Notes: generated from the letters alone by a model not told the origin. A DNA stretch of 64,000 nt from an uncultured cyanobacterium (GCA_963765575.1 CAVXWZ010000008.1:128001-192000); one strand, 5' to 3'; positions 34,826 to 47,108 are shown, counted from the stretch's first letter. Numbers and translations: made by a program.

Positions 34826-36162
34826 TGGCGCCCATGAGCACCCCAGCGCCCAGCCCCGCCGTGGTTCCCGATCCCAGCCCCGCGCTGCTGCAGCGGGCCG
34901 TCGCCGTGCGCCGCAGCGCCACAGCCCTGGGGCAGCTGGGCGATGGCCAGCGGCGGGCCGCGGTGGAGGCCATGGCCGACGCCCTGCAGCGGGGGCGCGA
35001 GGCGATCCTGGCGGCCAATCGAGCCGATCTGGCCGCTGCTACCGCCGCTGGCCTGGCTCCCGCCCTGGTGGCACGCCTGAAGCTCGATACCAGCAAACTC
35101 GAGGCCGCCATCACCGGCGTGCGCCAGGTGGCCGCCCTGCCGGATCCGCTGGGCCGCCGCCAGCTGCACACCGAGCTGGATCAGGGGCTGGTGCTGGAGC
35201 GGGTGACGGTGCCCCTGGGGGTGCTCGGGGTGATCTTTGAGGCCCGGCCCGATGCGGTGATGCAGATCGCCTCGCTGGCGATCCGCTCCGGCAACGGCGC
35301 CCTGCTCAAGGGCGGCCGGGAGGCCTCCGGCAGTTGTGCCGCCATCCTCGAGGCCCTGCGGCAGGGGCTGGCCGCCAGCGCCGTGGAGCCGGAGGCCCTG
35401 GCGCTGCTCACCAGCCGGCAGGAGAGCCTGGGCCTGCTGCGCCTCGATGGACTGGTGGATCTGATCATTCCGCGCGGCTCCAACGACCTGGTGCGCTTCA
35501 TCCAGGACAACACCCGCATTCCGGTGCTCGGCCATGCCGATGGCATCTGCCACCTCTACGTGGATCGGCAGGTGGATCCCGACCAGGCGCTGCGGGTGGC
35601 GATCGATGCCAAGACCCAGTACCCGGCCGCCTGCAACGCCATCGAGACGCTGCTGGTGCACGAGGCCATCGCGCCGCGCTTTCTGCCGGCCGCCGTGGCG
35701 GCCTTTGCCGCCGCCGGCGTGGAATTGCGCGGCGATGCCGCCGCCTGCGCCCTCGGGGTGCCGCTGGCCGCCGAGGAGCAGGACTGGCGCACGGAGTACT
35801 CCGATCTGGTGCTGGCGGTGAAGGTGGTGTCCGACCTGGAGGCGGCCCTGGAGCACATCGCCACCTACGGATCCCGCCACACCGATGCCATCTGCAGCAG
35901 CGATCCGCTGGCGGCCGATCGCTTCCTGGCGGCCGTGAACAGCGCCGGTGTGTACCTCAACTGCTCCACCCGCTTCGCCGATGGCTTCCGCTATGGCTTT
36001 GGGGCGGAAGTGGGCATCAGCACCCAGACCCTGCCCCCGCGCGGGCCGGTGGGGCTGGAGGGTCTGGTGACCTACCGCTACCGGCTGCGGGGCGAGGGCC
36101 ACATCGCCGCCGACTACGCCAGCGGCGTTCGCCAGTTCAGCCATCGCCGCCTGCCCCTGTGA
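34822..36162 (+). CDS. proA: Gamma-glutamyl phosphate reductase
   Basis: [46 protein letters not shown]. Confidence 0.97.
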   Translation: MMAPMSTPAPSPAVVPDPSPALLQRAVAVRRSATALGQLGDGQRRAAVEAMADALQRGREAILAANRADLAAATAAGLAPALVARLKLDTSKLEAAITGVRQVAALPDPLGRRQLHTELDQGLVLERVTVPLGVLGVIFEARPDAVMQIASLAIRSGNGALLKGGREASGSCAAILEALRQGLAASAVEPEALALLTSRQESLGLLRLDGLVDLIIPRGSNDLVRFIQDNTRIPVLGHADGICHLYVDRQVDPDQALRVAIDAKTQYPAACNAIETLLVHEAIAPRFLPAAVAAFAAAGVELRGDAAACALGVPLAAEEQDWRTEYSDLVLAVKVVSDLEAALEHIATYGSRHTDAICSSDPLAADRFLAAVNSAGVYLNCSTRFADGFRYGFGAEVGISTQTLPPRGPVGLEGLVTYRYRLRGEGHIAADYASGVRQFSHRRLPL

Positions 36163-36569
36163 GCGCTGCCGGCGACGCCGATCGGCTTGTGGTGCGGGGC
36201 CTGAGGCTCTGGGCCCACGTGGGTGTGCTGGCCTGCGAGCGGGAGCAGGGCCAGTGGTTCGAGCTCGATCTGGAGCTGGCGGTGGATCTGGCACCCGCCG
36301 GCCGCAGCGACCAGCTCGCCGACACCCTCGACTACGGCGTTCTGATCGCGGCCCTGCAGCGCCAGGCGAGTCGCATCCGCTGCCACACCCTGGAGCGCTA
36401 CAGCCAGTGCATCCTGGAGCTGATCGCCGAGCGCCACGGGCCGCTGGCGGTGCGGCTGGAGCTGCGCAAGTGCGCCGCCCCCGTGCCCGGCTTCAACGGC
36501 AGTGTCGCCATCCGCCGCGCCAGTGGAAGTCGGGCTCGGCCGGCGGATGGGCCAGGGCCCAGTAGCTGA
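36159..36569 (+). CDS. folB: Dihydroneopterin aldolase
   Basis: GTG overlapping the proA stop; AHVGVL..ER..GQWF.LD, DTLDY, LE, LRK..APVPG. Confidence 0.9.
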   Translation: MSAAGDADRLVVRGLRLWAHVGVLACEREQGQWFELDLELAVDLAPAGRSDQLADTLDYGVLIAALQRQASRIRCHTLERYSQCILELIAERHGPLAVRLELRKCAAPVPGFNGSVAIRRASGSRARPADGPGPSS

Positions 36570-37074
36570 GGCCACCGTCGCCGTGCTCCAGCACGGCAGT
36601 GAGGGCCAGCTCCAGCTCTGCGGCGTCGGCCAGGGCCGGCGGCAGCGGCAAGGCCGCCCGCAGCTCGAAGCCCTCGGCGCTGCGCTCCACCTCCAGCGGC
36701 AGGGCCGCCAGGGCTGGATCGGGCCGCAGGTTGCGGCGGTAGCCATCCAGCCGATAGAGGTTCCAGTGGCCCGCCGGGGCCAGGTTCAGCTCCCAGTAGT
36801 CCTCCTGCCCGGCCACGGCCAGGAAGGCCTCCAGGCAGCTGTGCTGCCAGAGCCCATCACGGCGCTGCGGCTGGGCGGCTGGCGGCGGCATGCGCAGCTG
36901 ATCGAGGGGCCCGCTGAGCCGGTAGCGCAGGTGCAGCTGCGATCCCTGGCGCTCGGCCCGGGCGTGGAGGTCCAATCCTTGGCCCTGCAGTGGCTCTGCT
37001 GCCCCAGCCTGCCGGCCGAAGGGCGTCAGCTGCGCCGCCAGCAGCAGTGGCCCAGCGCTGGCCGCTGCGCTCAC
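36493..37074 (-). CDS. DOMON-like (CBM9-like) domain protein
   Basis: RRDGLWQHSCLEAFL, YWELNLAPAGHWN.Y, LTAVLE..SYWAL.HP..PDFH; GTGA overlap with the kinase stop. Confidence 0.8.
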   Translation of the reverse strand: MSAAASAGPLLLAAQLTPFGRQAGAAEPLQGQGLDLHARAERQGSQLHLRYRLSGPLDQLRMPPPAAQPQRRDGLWQHSCLEAFLAVAGQEDYWELNLAPAGHWNLYRLDGYRRNLRPDPALAALPLEVERSAEGFELRAALPLPPALADAAELELALTAVLEHGDGGLSYWALAHPPAEPDFHWRGGWRHCR

Positions 37075-38192
37075 CTCAGCTCCTCCACCAGGTCGATGAT
37101 CGCCTGCTGCTGGGCTTCGATGCTCTCGGTGAGCCGGAACTGCACCACGGCCCGCTCCAGGTTGTGGCCGGGGTGGCGGCACTTGAAGTAGCGGTTGCCG
37201 GCCAGGTGATCGGTGAAGAAGCGCAGGCCGAGCTCGAAGGCGATCAGCCGCACGGCCACGGCGATGTGGTCGAGATCGGCAGCGCTCAGGCAGGGCCGCG
37301 CCAGCTCCAGGTAGCCGCCCAGCATTGGCCGGCAGAGGGCCAGATCGAAGCGCACCGTGGCCGGATCGCTGGCCTCCTCACCAGCCGGATTGCAGCCCGA
37401 GCGCAGGCAGTCGCCGATGTCGTACTGCACCAGTCCCGGTTTGACCGTATCGAGATCCACCAGGGCCACGGCCTCACCGCTGCGGCGATCGAGCAGCACG
37501 TTGTTCACCTTGGGGTCGCCGTGGATCGGGCGCAGCCGCAGCAGGCCCCGCTCGCGGGCGTCCTCCAGCACCGTCACCAGCCCGTGCCGCTGCTCCACGA
37601 AGTCGCGGCACCAGCGGCTGGCCTGGTCGTCCGGGGAGGTTCCGCCCTGCTGCAGCTGTTGCTGGTAGGCGGCCAGATAGCGGGGGGTCACGTGGAAGCC
37701 CTCCAGGGTGTCGGCCAGCTGGTCGCAGGGCAGGTCGTGGATCAGCAGGTGGAAGCGCCCCAGGGCGCGGCCCACCTCCCGGGCATGGCCGGCGTCCTGC
37801 ACCGTGTCGTGGCTCACGGCGTCATCGACGTGGGTGAGCAGGCGCCAGGCCTGGCCATCCCGCTGCAGCCAGCGGCCTCCCCCCGTCCGGGCGGACACCA
37901 GCGCCGGCAGCTCCCAGGCCCGTCCGCTGCGCTCCAGGGTCAACGGCCGGCCGGCCACGTGGTCGCCGAGCCGGGCGATGTTGTCCATCACCAGCTCGGG
38001 CCTGGGGAACACCTCGGTGTTCAGCCGCTGCAGCACATAGCGCCGGCCGTCGGCGGCCTGCAGCCGGAAGGTGTCGTTGACGTTGCCGTTGCCCAGCGGC
38101 ATCAGCTCCCGCACTGGGCCGGGGATGGCAAAGGCTGCGGCGATGACGCGCAGGGCGGCGCCATCGGCAGGGGAGTGGACGCTGGCGCTCAT
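37071..38192 (-). CDS. APH-fold phosphotransferase (N-acetylhexosamine-1-kinase-like subfamily)
   Basis: LGNGNVNDT, VLQRLNT.VF, IHGDPKVNN, VDLDTVKPG, YDIGDCLRS, LRFFTDHL.GN.YF, HNL.RA. Confidence 0.85.
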   Translation of the reverse strand: MSASVHSPADGAALRVIAAAFAIPGPVRELMPLGNGNVNDTFRLQAADGRRYVLQRLNTEVFPRPELVMDNIARLGDHVAGRPLTLERSGRAWELPALVSARTGGGRWLQRDGQAWRLLTHVDDAVSHDTVQDAGHAREVGRALGRFHLLIHDLPCDQLADTLEGFHVTPRYLAAYQQQLQQGGTSPDDQASRWCRDFVEQRHGLVTVLEDARERGLLRLRPIHGDPKVNNVLLDRRSGEAVALVDLDTVKPGLVQYDIGDCLRSGCNPAGEEASDPATVRFDLALCRPMLGGYLELARPCLSAADLDHIAVAVRLIAFELGLRFFTDHLAGNRYFKCRHPGHNLERAVVQFRLTESIEAQQQAIIDLVEELR

Positions 38193-38226
38193 GGCGCCAT
38201 CCTGGCCTGGCCGGCCCCTGCGTCCC

Positions 38227-38904
38227 TTGTCCCCCCACGCACCACCCCCGTCACCATCCCCACCTCCGCCAGCCCCGGGGGGCGGACCGTTGTCCGGCGG
38301 GCCAGGCCCCAGCGGCGCACCGCCCCTGGTGCTGGTGCATGGCCTCTGGGACACCCCGGGCCTGTTCCGGCGGCTGGAGCAGCGTCTGGATGGTCGCCGC
38401 GATCCCCTGCTCCGCCCCCACCTCGAACATGGCCTCGGGGAGCGGCCGGTGCTGGAGTTGGCCGCCGAGCTGGGCCAGGCGGTGAACGCCGCCTTCGGCC
38501 CGGACCAGGCCCTCGATCTGCTCGGCTTCTCCCTCGGCGGCGTGATCGCCCGCAGCTGGATCCAGCTGCTCGGCGGGCGGCGGCGCACCCGCCGCTTCAC
38601 CAGTGTCGGCAGCCCCCACCAGGGCAGCCTGCTGGCCCTGCCCTGGCCGCGGCGCTGGCTGGCCACCGTCGCCGACCTGCGACCCGGCAGCCCCCTGTTG
38701 CAGCGGCTCAACCGCGATGCCAACGGGCTTGAGGGGGTGGACTGCACCAGCTTCTGGTGCCTGAGCGATCAGATGGTGGTGCCGAGCTGGACCGGCGTGC
38801 TGCCCAGCGGGCCCCGGCGCCAGCTGCCGGTGTGGCATCACCAGCAGCTGATCACCAGCCCCGCCGGCCTGGAGCCGATCGTGCAGGAGCTGTTGCGGCC
38901 CTGA
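38227..38904 (+). CDS. Lipase/esterase (alpha/beta hydrolase)
   Basis: LVLVHGL, GFSLGG nucleophile, GSPHQG, DQMVVP; start uncertain (38191, 38227 or 38290). Confidence 0.85.
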   Translation: MSPHAPPPSPSPPPPAPGGGPLSGGPGPSGAPPLVLVHGLWDTPGLFRRLEQRLDGRRDPLLRPHLEHGLGERPVLELAAELGQAVNAAFGPDQALDLLGFSLGGVIARSWIQLLGGRRRTRRFTSVGSPHQGSLLALPWPRRWLATVADLRPGSPLLQRLNRDANGLEGVDCTSFWCLSDQMVVPSWTGVLPSGPRRQLPVWHHQQLITSPAGLEPIVQELLRP

Positions 38905-38926
38905 CGGCGATGTCGCAGCTGGCGGT

Positions 38927-41074
38927 TCAGGCGGTGGCTGGGGCCAGACCGGAGTGGCGGATCAGGGCGTCGGGGCTTGGCGGCCGGCCTCTGAAGGCCT
39001 CGAACACCTCCGCCGGCGAGCGACTGCCGCCGAGGCTGAGCACCGTGTCGCGGAAGCGGCGCCCCGTGGCCACCACCTGGGCCTCGTCATCGAGGCCCAC
39101 CTCTTCAAAGGCGCTGAAGGCGTCGGCGCTGAGCACCTCCGCCCACTTGTAGGAGTAGTAGCCGGCCGCATAGCCGCCGGCGAAGATGTGGCTGAAGGAG
39201 CAGAGAAAGCGGTCCTCGGCGATCGGCTCCAGCACCGTGGTGGTGCGGGCCAGCTCGCGCCGCAGCTGCTCGGGGCTCTGGCCTCCATCCGGGGTCCAGC
39301 TGCTGTGCAAGCGCAGGTCGGTGAGCGCGAAGTGCAGCTGGCGCAGGGTGGCGCTGCCCCCCATGAAGGTGCGGGCGGCCAGCAGCTTGTGGTACTCCGC
39401 TTCCGGCAGCGGTTCGCCGCTCTGCCAGTGGCGGGCCATGGCCATCAAGGTGCCGCGGTCGTAGCACCAGTTCTCCATGAACTGGCTGGGCAGCTCCACG
39501 GCATCCCACTCCACGTTGCTGATGCCGGCGGCCTGGGGACGCTCCACGGTGGTGAGCATGTGCTGCAGGCCGTGGCCGAACTCGTGGAAGAGGGTTTCCA
39601 CCTCCTCGAAGGTCATCAGGCTGGGGGTGTCACCCACCGGCGGGCTCTGGTTGCAGATCAGGTAGGCCACCGGCAGCACTGGTTCGCCGCTGCGGCTGCG
39701 GCTGCGGCCCAGGCACTCATCCATCCAGGCACCGCCCCGCTTGCTGCCGGGACGGCTGTAGGGGTCGAGGTAGAACGCCGCCAGGGGATCGCCGCTGGCC
39801 CCATCGAGCACCCGGAAGTAGCGCACATCGCCATGCCAGCGGGGCGCCTCGCCACTGGCGGCGGCCACGATGCGGACATCGAACAGCCGCTGACAGAGCG
39901 CGAACAACCCCTGCAGCACCTGCTCGAGGGGGAACCAGGGGCGCAGGGCCTCGGCATCGAGGTCGAAGCTCTCCTGCCGCAGCACCTCGGCCCAGAAGCT
40001 CAGGTCCCAGGGCTTGAGGTCGTCGGCCTCGTCGGCGTTGTGGCGGCGAGCGCAGTCACGCAACGCCTGCAGCTCGCGCTCGGCCACCGGGAAGGCCGCC
40101 GACCGCAGGCCCTCCAGCAATTGCTCCACGTCGGCCACCGATGCGGCCATCTTGCTGGCCAGGCTCACCTCCGCCCAGTTGGCGTAGCCCAGGCGCCGGG
40201 CCTGCTCCAGCCGCAGGCTGAGGATCCGCTCGATCAACGGCTGGTTGTCGCCCTCACCGCTGGAGGCGCGAGCCACCTGGGCGCGGTAGACGGTTTCGCG
40301 CAGGTCACGGCGGCGGCTGTATTTGAGGAAGGGCACCACCCTGGGCATGTCCAGGCCCATCCGCCAGCCCTGCTCGCCGGCGTCGCGGGCGGCCTGGGCC
40401 AGCAGGCTGCGCAGGCTGTCGGGCAGGCCGTCCAGGTCGTCTTCGCTGCGCAGCGTGAGGCTCCAGTCGTTGGTGGCATCCAGCACGTGGTTGCCGAAGG
40501 TGCTGGCCAGCTGGGCCAGCTCGGCGGTGGCGGCGTTGAAGGCCTCCTGGGCCGCTCCCTCCAGCCCCACTCCGCGCAGCTGCATGTGGCGCAGCTCGGC
40601 CGCCACGATGCGGCGCTGGGTGGGATCGAGGTCCTGGGCGGCCAGCTGGTCCAGGGCGCGGTAGAGGGGCTTGCTCTGGCCGGCGCGGCTGCCGAAGGCC
40701 ACGACCAGTCCCTGCTGGTTCTCATAGGCCTGGCGCAGCTCGGGGGTGTTGCAGACGCCGTGCAGATGGCTCACCACCCCCCAGCTCCAGCGCAGCCGCT
40801 CTTCAAGGTGGTGCAGGGGATCCATCACGTCGGCCCAGCCGATGGCGGGCCGGGGCGCGGGGTGCTCCCCAGCGGCGCCATCCAGGCACTGCTCCAGCTG
40901 CCCCTCCAGCCGGCTCAGTTCGTCGTTGAGCTCCGCCAGCAGGGTGGGGATGGCCGACTCCACCTGCTCGGCCGTGATCGCCTCGAAGGGCGGCAACCCC
41001 TCACCGGTGAGCAGGGGCGCCTGGTTGGCGTTCGGCACGCTGCTGGGGTTGGCGCTGCCCGGAGTGCTGAGCAT
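38927..41074 (-). CDS. prlC: Oligopeptidase A (M3 family)
   Basis: KRGGAWM, FHEFGHGLQH, WDAVELPSQFMENW, HIFAGGYAAGYYSYKWAE. Confidence 0.95.
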   Translation of the reverse strand: MLSTPGSANPSSVPNANQAPLLTGEGLPPFEAITAEQVESAIPTLLAELNDELSRLEGQLEQCLDGAAGEHPAPRPAIGWADVMDPLHHLEERLRWSWGVVSHLHGVCNTPELRQAYENQQGLVVAFGSRAGQSKPLYRALDQLAAQDLDPTQRRIVAAELRHMQLRGVGLEGAAQEAFNAATAELAQLASTFGNHVLDATNDWSLTLRSEDDLDGLPDSLRSLLAQAARDAGEQGWRMGLDMPRVVPFLKYSRRRDLRETVYRAQVARASSGEGDNQPLIERILSLRLEQARRLGYANWAEVSLASKMAASVADVEQLLEGLRSAAFPVAERELQALRDCARRHNADEADDLKPWDLSFWAEVLRQESFDLDAEALRPWFPLEQVLQGLFALCQRLFDVRIVAAASGEAPRWHGDVRYFRVLDGASGDPLAAFYLDPYSRPGSKRGGAWMDECLGRSRSRSGEPVLPVAYLICNQSPPVGDTPSLMTFEEVETLFHEFGHGLQHMLTTVERPQAAGISNVEWDAVELPSQFMENWCYDRGTLMAMARHWQSGEPLPEAEYHKLLAARTFMGGSATLRQLHFALTDLRLHSSWTPDGGQSPEQLRRELARTTTVLEPIAEDRFLCSFSHIFAGGYAAGYYSYKWAEVLSADAFSAFEEVGLDDEAQVVATGRRFRDTVLSLGGSRSPAEVFEAFRGRPPSPDALIRHSGLAPATA

Positions 41075-41126
41075 GGCGGTGACATCTCTGCCGCCATTCC
41101 AGTCCATCAGTGCCGTTGGGCGCCGT

Positions 41127-42746
<1,620 letters not shown>

Positions 42747-42843
42747 CCCGTGCGTCGAAATTGGCCCCGACCCTATCAGTTGCTGCACGCTGAGTGAGTA
42801 GATTTACCCATCGACACCACCAGGGGTGTGGAGCGCCGCCGGC

Positions 42844-43794
42844 TCAGACCAGGTCAGGCAAGGGCGACCACTGGCTGCCGCTCTGCTGCACGGCCAGCAC
42901 CTCGCCGCGGGATTCCACCCCGGCCCGGTGCCAGGCCACCAGCATGTCGCGGCGCACCACGTCAGCCACCTCGGCGCGACAGAGGGCCAGCAAGCTGGGG
43001 CCCGCGCCGCTGATCACGCAACCCCAGGCCCCGGCCTGCAGGGCGGCCTCGCGCACCTTGAGGCCGCCGGGGATCAGGCCCCAGCGGTAGGGCTCGTGCA
43101 GGCGGTCGTGCATGCCGTCGGTGATCAGCTCACCATTGCCGGTGCGCAGTCCCTGCAGCAGCAGGGTGAGGGCCCCGAGATTGATCACCGCGTCGGCCAC
43201 CCCGATGGCCTTGGGCATGGCGCGGCGGGCTTCGCTGGTGGTGAGGCGGATGGCGGGAATCGCCACCACCGCCACCACCTCCGGCGACCATTCACAGCGC
43301 AGCACCCGCCAGCGGTGGGACGCGGCCCTGGCCGTCATGCACAGGCCACCCACCAGGGAGGGCACGACGTTGTCGGGGTGGCCCTCGATGTCGATGGCCA
43401 GCTCCAGCAGCTTCTCCTTGGTCAGGGCCTCACCCACCAGGGCATTGGCCCCCATCAGGCCGGCCACGATCGCGGTGGCGCTGCTGCCCAGCCCCCGGGC
43501 CGGTGGCACCGCCAGGCGCACCCGGGCCTCCAGCCCCACCGGCTCCTCGCGGGCCTCCTTCCACACCCGCTGGGCCGCGCGGTACATCAGGTTGTCGGGT
43601 CCGCCGCGCAGATGGGCGCCTTCGCGGCCCTCGATGATCAGGTCAAAGCGCTGGCTGCCGCCCTCAACGCAGCGCAGCTCGAAGACGTTGTCGAGCTCCA
43701 GCGCCGCCCCCAGGCAGTCGAACCCAGGCCCCAGGTTGGCGGTGGTGGCCGGAACGTGTACGACGACCCCTTGGCCGATCCGGGGGCGCACCAT
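42844..43794 (-). CDS. thrB: Homoserine kinase
   Basis: VPATTANLGPGFD, PARGLGSS, EGHPDNV, ISGAGPS. Confidence 0.97.
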   Translation of the reverse strand: MVRPRIGQGVVVHVPATTANLGPGFDCLGAALELDNVFELRCVEGGSQRFDLIIEGREGAHLRGGPDNLMYRAAQRVWKEAREEPVGLEARVRLAVPPARGLGSSATAIVAGLMGANALVGEALTKEKLLELAIDIEGHPDNVVPSLVGGLCMTARAASHRWRVLRCEWSPEVVAVVAIPAIRLTTSEARRAMPKAIGVADAVINLGALTLLLQGLRTGNGELITDGMHDRLHEPYRWGLIPGGLKVREAALQAGAWGCVISGAGPSLLALCRAEVADVVRRDMLVAWHRAGVESRGEVLAVQQSGSQWSPLPDLV

Positions 43795-43821
43795 GGCGTG
43801 GTCTCTGCTGGAGCCAGTGTC

Positions 43822-44841
43822 TCAGCCCGCCGAGCCCAGCAGCATCTGCGCCCTGCAGGCGGCGCTGAATTCGCCAATGGAGGGGTCGATCACCGCCGTG
43901 ATCGGCAACGGCTCCAGCACCGGCCCCAGGCGCCCCTTGTCGAGGAAGGCCCGCCGGAAGATCGGGCTGCGCAGCTCCATCAGCAGCTTGCCTGCGGTGC
44001 CGCCGGCCAGCCAGATGCCGCCGCGGCAGAGCCCCGTCAGGGCCAGGTCGCCGGTGACGCTGCCGTAGGCCTCCAACCAGAGGTCGAGGGCCTGGCGGGC
44101 CAGGGGGTCACCCAGGGCGGCGGCATTGGTGACCGCCGCCGGCAGGTCACCGTTGCACTGCTGCAGGGGATGCTCGCCATCGCTTCGCCTGTGATGGTGT
44201 TCGCTGAGCAGCCAGCGGGCCACATGGCCCAGCCCGGTGCCGCTCACCACCCGCTCCACCGACACCCGCTGGATCTCCAGATCTGCGGCCAGCCACTGCT
44301 TGAGCTGCCATTCCGCCTCATTGCGGGGGGCAAATTCGCTGTGGGCCGCCTCACTGGCCACCGCTGTCAGGCCGGCCGGACCCGGCACGCCGAAGGCCAC
44401 CCCCAGGCCGGTGCCGGCGCCCAGGATCAGCACCGGTTCCCCCTCGCAGCCGCTGCCCTGGCGGATCGAGGCCTGCTGGGCGGCGCCCAGGTGGTGCAGC
44501 CCGTAGACCAGCACTGCGAAGTCGTTGACCAGTTCCACGGCGGCGATGCCGGTGGCCGCCCGCAGCTGCCGTTCTTCGAGCTGCCAGGGCAGGTTGGTGA
44601 GCCGGGCGCTGCCCTGCTGCACCGGCCCGGCGACGGCGAAACAGGCGGCCGCGGGCAGTTCATCGGGGGCGGCAGTGCCCCTGGCATCCTCCAGGAAGGC
44701 CAGCACCATCGGTGCCAGGTCGGGCCATTCGTCGGAGCTGTAGCGCCGCGAGCACAGGGGCTCAATCTGCTCCTCGCCCGCCCGGTAGAGGGACAGCAGG
44801 GTCTTGGTTCCGCCGATGTCTCCGGCCAGCAGGATGCTCAT
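43822..44841 (-). CDS. glk: Glucokinase (E. coli Glk type)
   Basis: LAGDIGGTK, AVAGPV, LVNDF, GAGTGLG, ERVVSG, FLDKGR. Confidence 0.93.
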   Translation of the reverse strand: MSILLAGDIGGTKTLLSLYRAGEEQIEPLCSRRYSSDEWPDLAPMVLAFLEDARGTAAPDELPAAACFAVAGPVQQGSARLTNLPWQLEERQLRAATGIAAVELVNDFAVLVYGLHHLGAAQQASIRQGSGCEGEPVLILGAGTGLGVAFGVPGPAGLTAVASEAAHSEFAPRNEAEWQLKQWLAADLEIQRVSVERVVSGTGLGHVARWLLSEHHHRRSDGEHPLQQCNGDLPAAVTNAAALGDPLARQALDLWLEAYGSVTGDLALTGLCRGGIWLAGGTAGKLLMELRSPIFRRAFLDKGRLGPVLEPLPITAVIDPSIGEFSAACRAQMLLGSAG

Positions 44842-46682
44842 GAGCCTGCCGCTGCAGCGTCGTTCAGCTCCAGGCCGGCGGCCCGCTGGCGGTTGGCGTG
44901 CTCGCCGGCGCTCAGCAGAGCGGCCACCGGCACGGTGCCCAGATCGCCATCGCGGCGGCTGCGCAGGCTCACGGCCCCCGTTTCGGCTTCGCGGGCGCCG
45001 ATCACGGCGAGCACGGGGATCTTCATCTGTTCGCCGGTGCGGATCAGCTTGCCGAGGCGATCGCCGCTGCGGTCCACGCGCGAGCGGATCCCCGCCTGCT
45101 CAAGCTGGCCGCGAACCTGCTCGGCAAACGGGCGCACCTCGTCGGTCACTGGCAACAGGCGCACCTGCTCCGGTGCCAGCCAGAAGGGGAAATCGCCGGC
45201 GTAGTTCTCGGTCATGATCCCGAAAAACCGCTCCAGTGAGCCGAAGATGGCGCGGTGGATCATGATCGGACGCTGTCTGGAGCCGTCGGCGGCCACGTAC
45301 TCCAGCTCGAAGCGTTCGGGCAGATTGAAATCGAGCTGGATGGTGGAGCACTGCCACATCCGCCCGATCGCATCCTCGATCTTGAGGTCGATCTTGGGGC
45401 CGTAGAAGGCACCGCCGCCCTCATCGATTGTGTAGGCCCAGCCCTTGCGCTCCAGGGCCTCGACCAGCCCCTGGGTGGCCAGGTCCCAGACGGCGTCGTC
45501 GCCGATCGACTTCTGCGGACGGGTGGAGAGGTTGATCTCGTAGCTGCGGAAGTCGAAGGTCGAGAGGATCTCCTCGGTGAGGTCGAGGATGCGCAGAATC
45601 TCGTCGGTGATCTGCTCGGGCAGGCAGAACACGTGGGCATCGTCCTGGGTGAAGCCACGCACGCGCATCAAGCCGTGCATCACCCCGGGCCGCTCGTAGC
45701 GGTACACCGTGCCCAGCTCCGCCCAGCGGATCGGCAGCTCGCGGTAGGAGCGCAGCCGGTTGGCGTAGGTGAGCACATGGAAGGGGCAGTTCATCGGCTT
45801 GAGCTGGAACTGCCGGTCATCCACCTGCATCGGCCCGAACATGCTCTCCCGGTAGAAGTCGAGGTGGCCCGAGGTCTGCCACAACCCCAGGTCGGCCACG
45901 TGGGGGGTGTAGAGGAGCTCGTAGCCGGCGGCGAAGTGGGCCTGGCGCCAGAAGTCCTCGATCAGCAGGCGCATGCGGGCGCCGCGGGGATGCCAGAACA
46001 CCAGCCCGGCGCCGGCCTCATCCTCGATTGAGAACAGATCCAGATCGGTGCCCAGGCGCCGGTGGTCGCGGCGCAGGGCCTCGGCCCGGCGCCGCCGGTG
46101 CTCCTCCAGCTGCTCGGCGGTTTCCCAGGCGGTGCCGTAGATGCGCTGCAGCTGGGCGTTGTTCTCATCGCCGCGCCAGTAGGCCCCGGCCACGCTTTCG
46201 AGCTCGAAGGCCTGGGGGTTGAGCTCACCGGTGTGGGCCACGTGGGGGCCGGCGCAGAGGTCCCACCACTCCTGGCCGAGGGTGTAGAGGCTGATGGGCT
46301 CGTGGATGCCGGCCAGGATCTCGAGTTTGTAGGGCTCGTTCTGGGACCGGATCTTCGCTTCCGCCTCGGCGCGGCTCACCTCCAGGCGCTCAAGCGGCAG
46401 CTTGCGGTTGATGATCCGGATCATCTCCTTGCGGATCGCCTTGAGATCGGCCTCGGTGAAGGGGTCGGGGCTGTCGAAGTCGTAGTAGAAGCCGGTTTCC
46501 GTCCAGGGACCAATGGTCACCCGGGCCTTGGGGAAGAGCCGCTGCACCGCCATGGCCATCACGTGGCTCATCGAGTGGCGGATGCGCAGCAGCGTCTCGC
46601 TCTCGCTGGTTTTGGGCAGGTGGATGGGGCTTCCGGCCGCGGCTACGGAGCTGGACGTGGTCGCGGACGCGGGCACGGGCAA
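44838..46682 (-). CDS. thrS: Threonine-tRNA ligase
   Basis: RHSMSH, DLCAGPH, KPMNCP, YRYE, RVRGFTQDD, FYGPKID, IHRAIFGS. Confidence 0.98.
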   Translation of the reverse strand: MPVPASATTSSSVAAAGSPIHLPKTSESETLLRIRHSMSHVMAMAVQRLFPKARVTIGPWTETGFYYDFDSPDPFTEADLKAIRKEMIRIINRKLPLERLEVSRAEAEAKIRSQNEPYKLEILAGIHEPISLYTLGQEWWDLCAGPHVAHTGELNPQAFELESVAGAYWRGDENNAQLQRIYGTAWETAEQLEEHRRRRAEALRRDHRRLGTDLDLFSIEDEAGAGLVFWHPRGARMRLLIEDFWRQAHFAAGYELLYTPHVADLGLWQTSGHLDFYRESMFGPMQVDDRQFQLKPMNCPFHVLTYANRLRSYRELPIRWAELGTVYRYERPGVMHGLMRVRGFTQDDAHVFCLPEQITDEILRILDLTEEILSTFDFRSYEINLSTRPQKSIGDDAVWDLATQGLVEALERKGWAYTIDEGGGAFYGPKIDLKIEDAIGRMWQCSTIQLDFNLPERFELEYVAADGSRQRPIMIHRAIFGSLERFFGIMTENYAGDFPFWLAPEQVRLLPVTDEVRPFAEQVRGQLEQAGIRSRVDRSGDRLGKLIRTGEQMKIPVLAVIGAREAETGAVSLRSRRDGDLGTVPVAALLSAGEHANRQRAAGLELNDAAAAGS

Positions 46683-46732
46683 GCGGCGCTGGGGCGGAGG
46701 CCGATCCTACGCAGCGCTTCTAGGCTCGGTGG

Positions 46733-47104
46733 ATGAGCGCCCAACCGTCCTCCCGGGAGCCCGAAGCGGCGTTGCTGGACCACCTGCTGGGGTCCCTCCT
46801 CAGTGACTTCCGCTTCTGGTTCGAGCGCGGCGACCTGCTGCTCGACCTCTGTCCCGAGGAGGTGATGGCGGCTGCCGAGCGCGACGCCCTGCGGAGCGAA
46901 TTGCGCCAGGCGAGCCGCGAACTGATCGCCGCCACCAGCCTGCGCAGGGCCGCTCCGGCTCCGGTGGCCCTGGCCCTGGAGGCGCTGGTGCCCTGGCACC
47001 AACTGCTGATGCGGGTATGGTCACTTTCGGCCCATCTGCGCCGCAGCGGCGTCGCCCTGCCCCGGCTCAGCTGGCCGGAACCGCCGGCGTTTCCAGGGTT
47101 CTGA
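46733..47104 (+). CDS. DUF2605-like protein
   Basis: LL.SLL.DF.FWF.R...PWHQLL..VW. Confidence 0.7.
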   Translation: MSAQPSSREPEAALLDHLLGSLLSDFRFWFERGDLLLDLCPEEVMAAAERDALRSELRQASRELIAATSLRRAAPAPVALALEALVPWHQLLMRVWSLSAHLRRSGVALPRLSWPEPPAFPGF

Positions 47105-47108
47105 AGCG

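Noticed and set aside
37071..38192. Aminoglycoside resistance gene
   Set aside because: Motifs fit the sugar-kinase-like branch and there is no mobile context
38190..38193. Overlapping divergent ATG starts (CATG) for the kinase and the lipase
   Set aside because: The lipase more likely starts at a downstream TTG; CATG is a common palindrome
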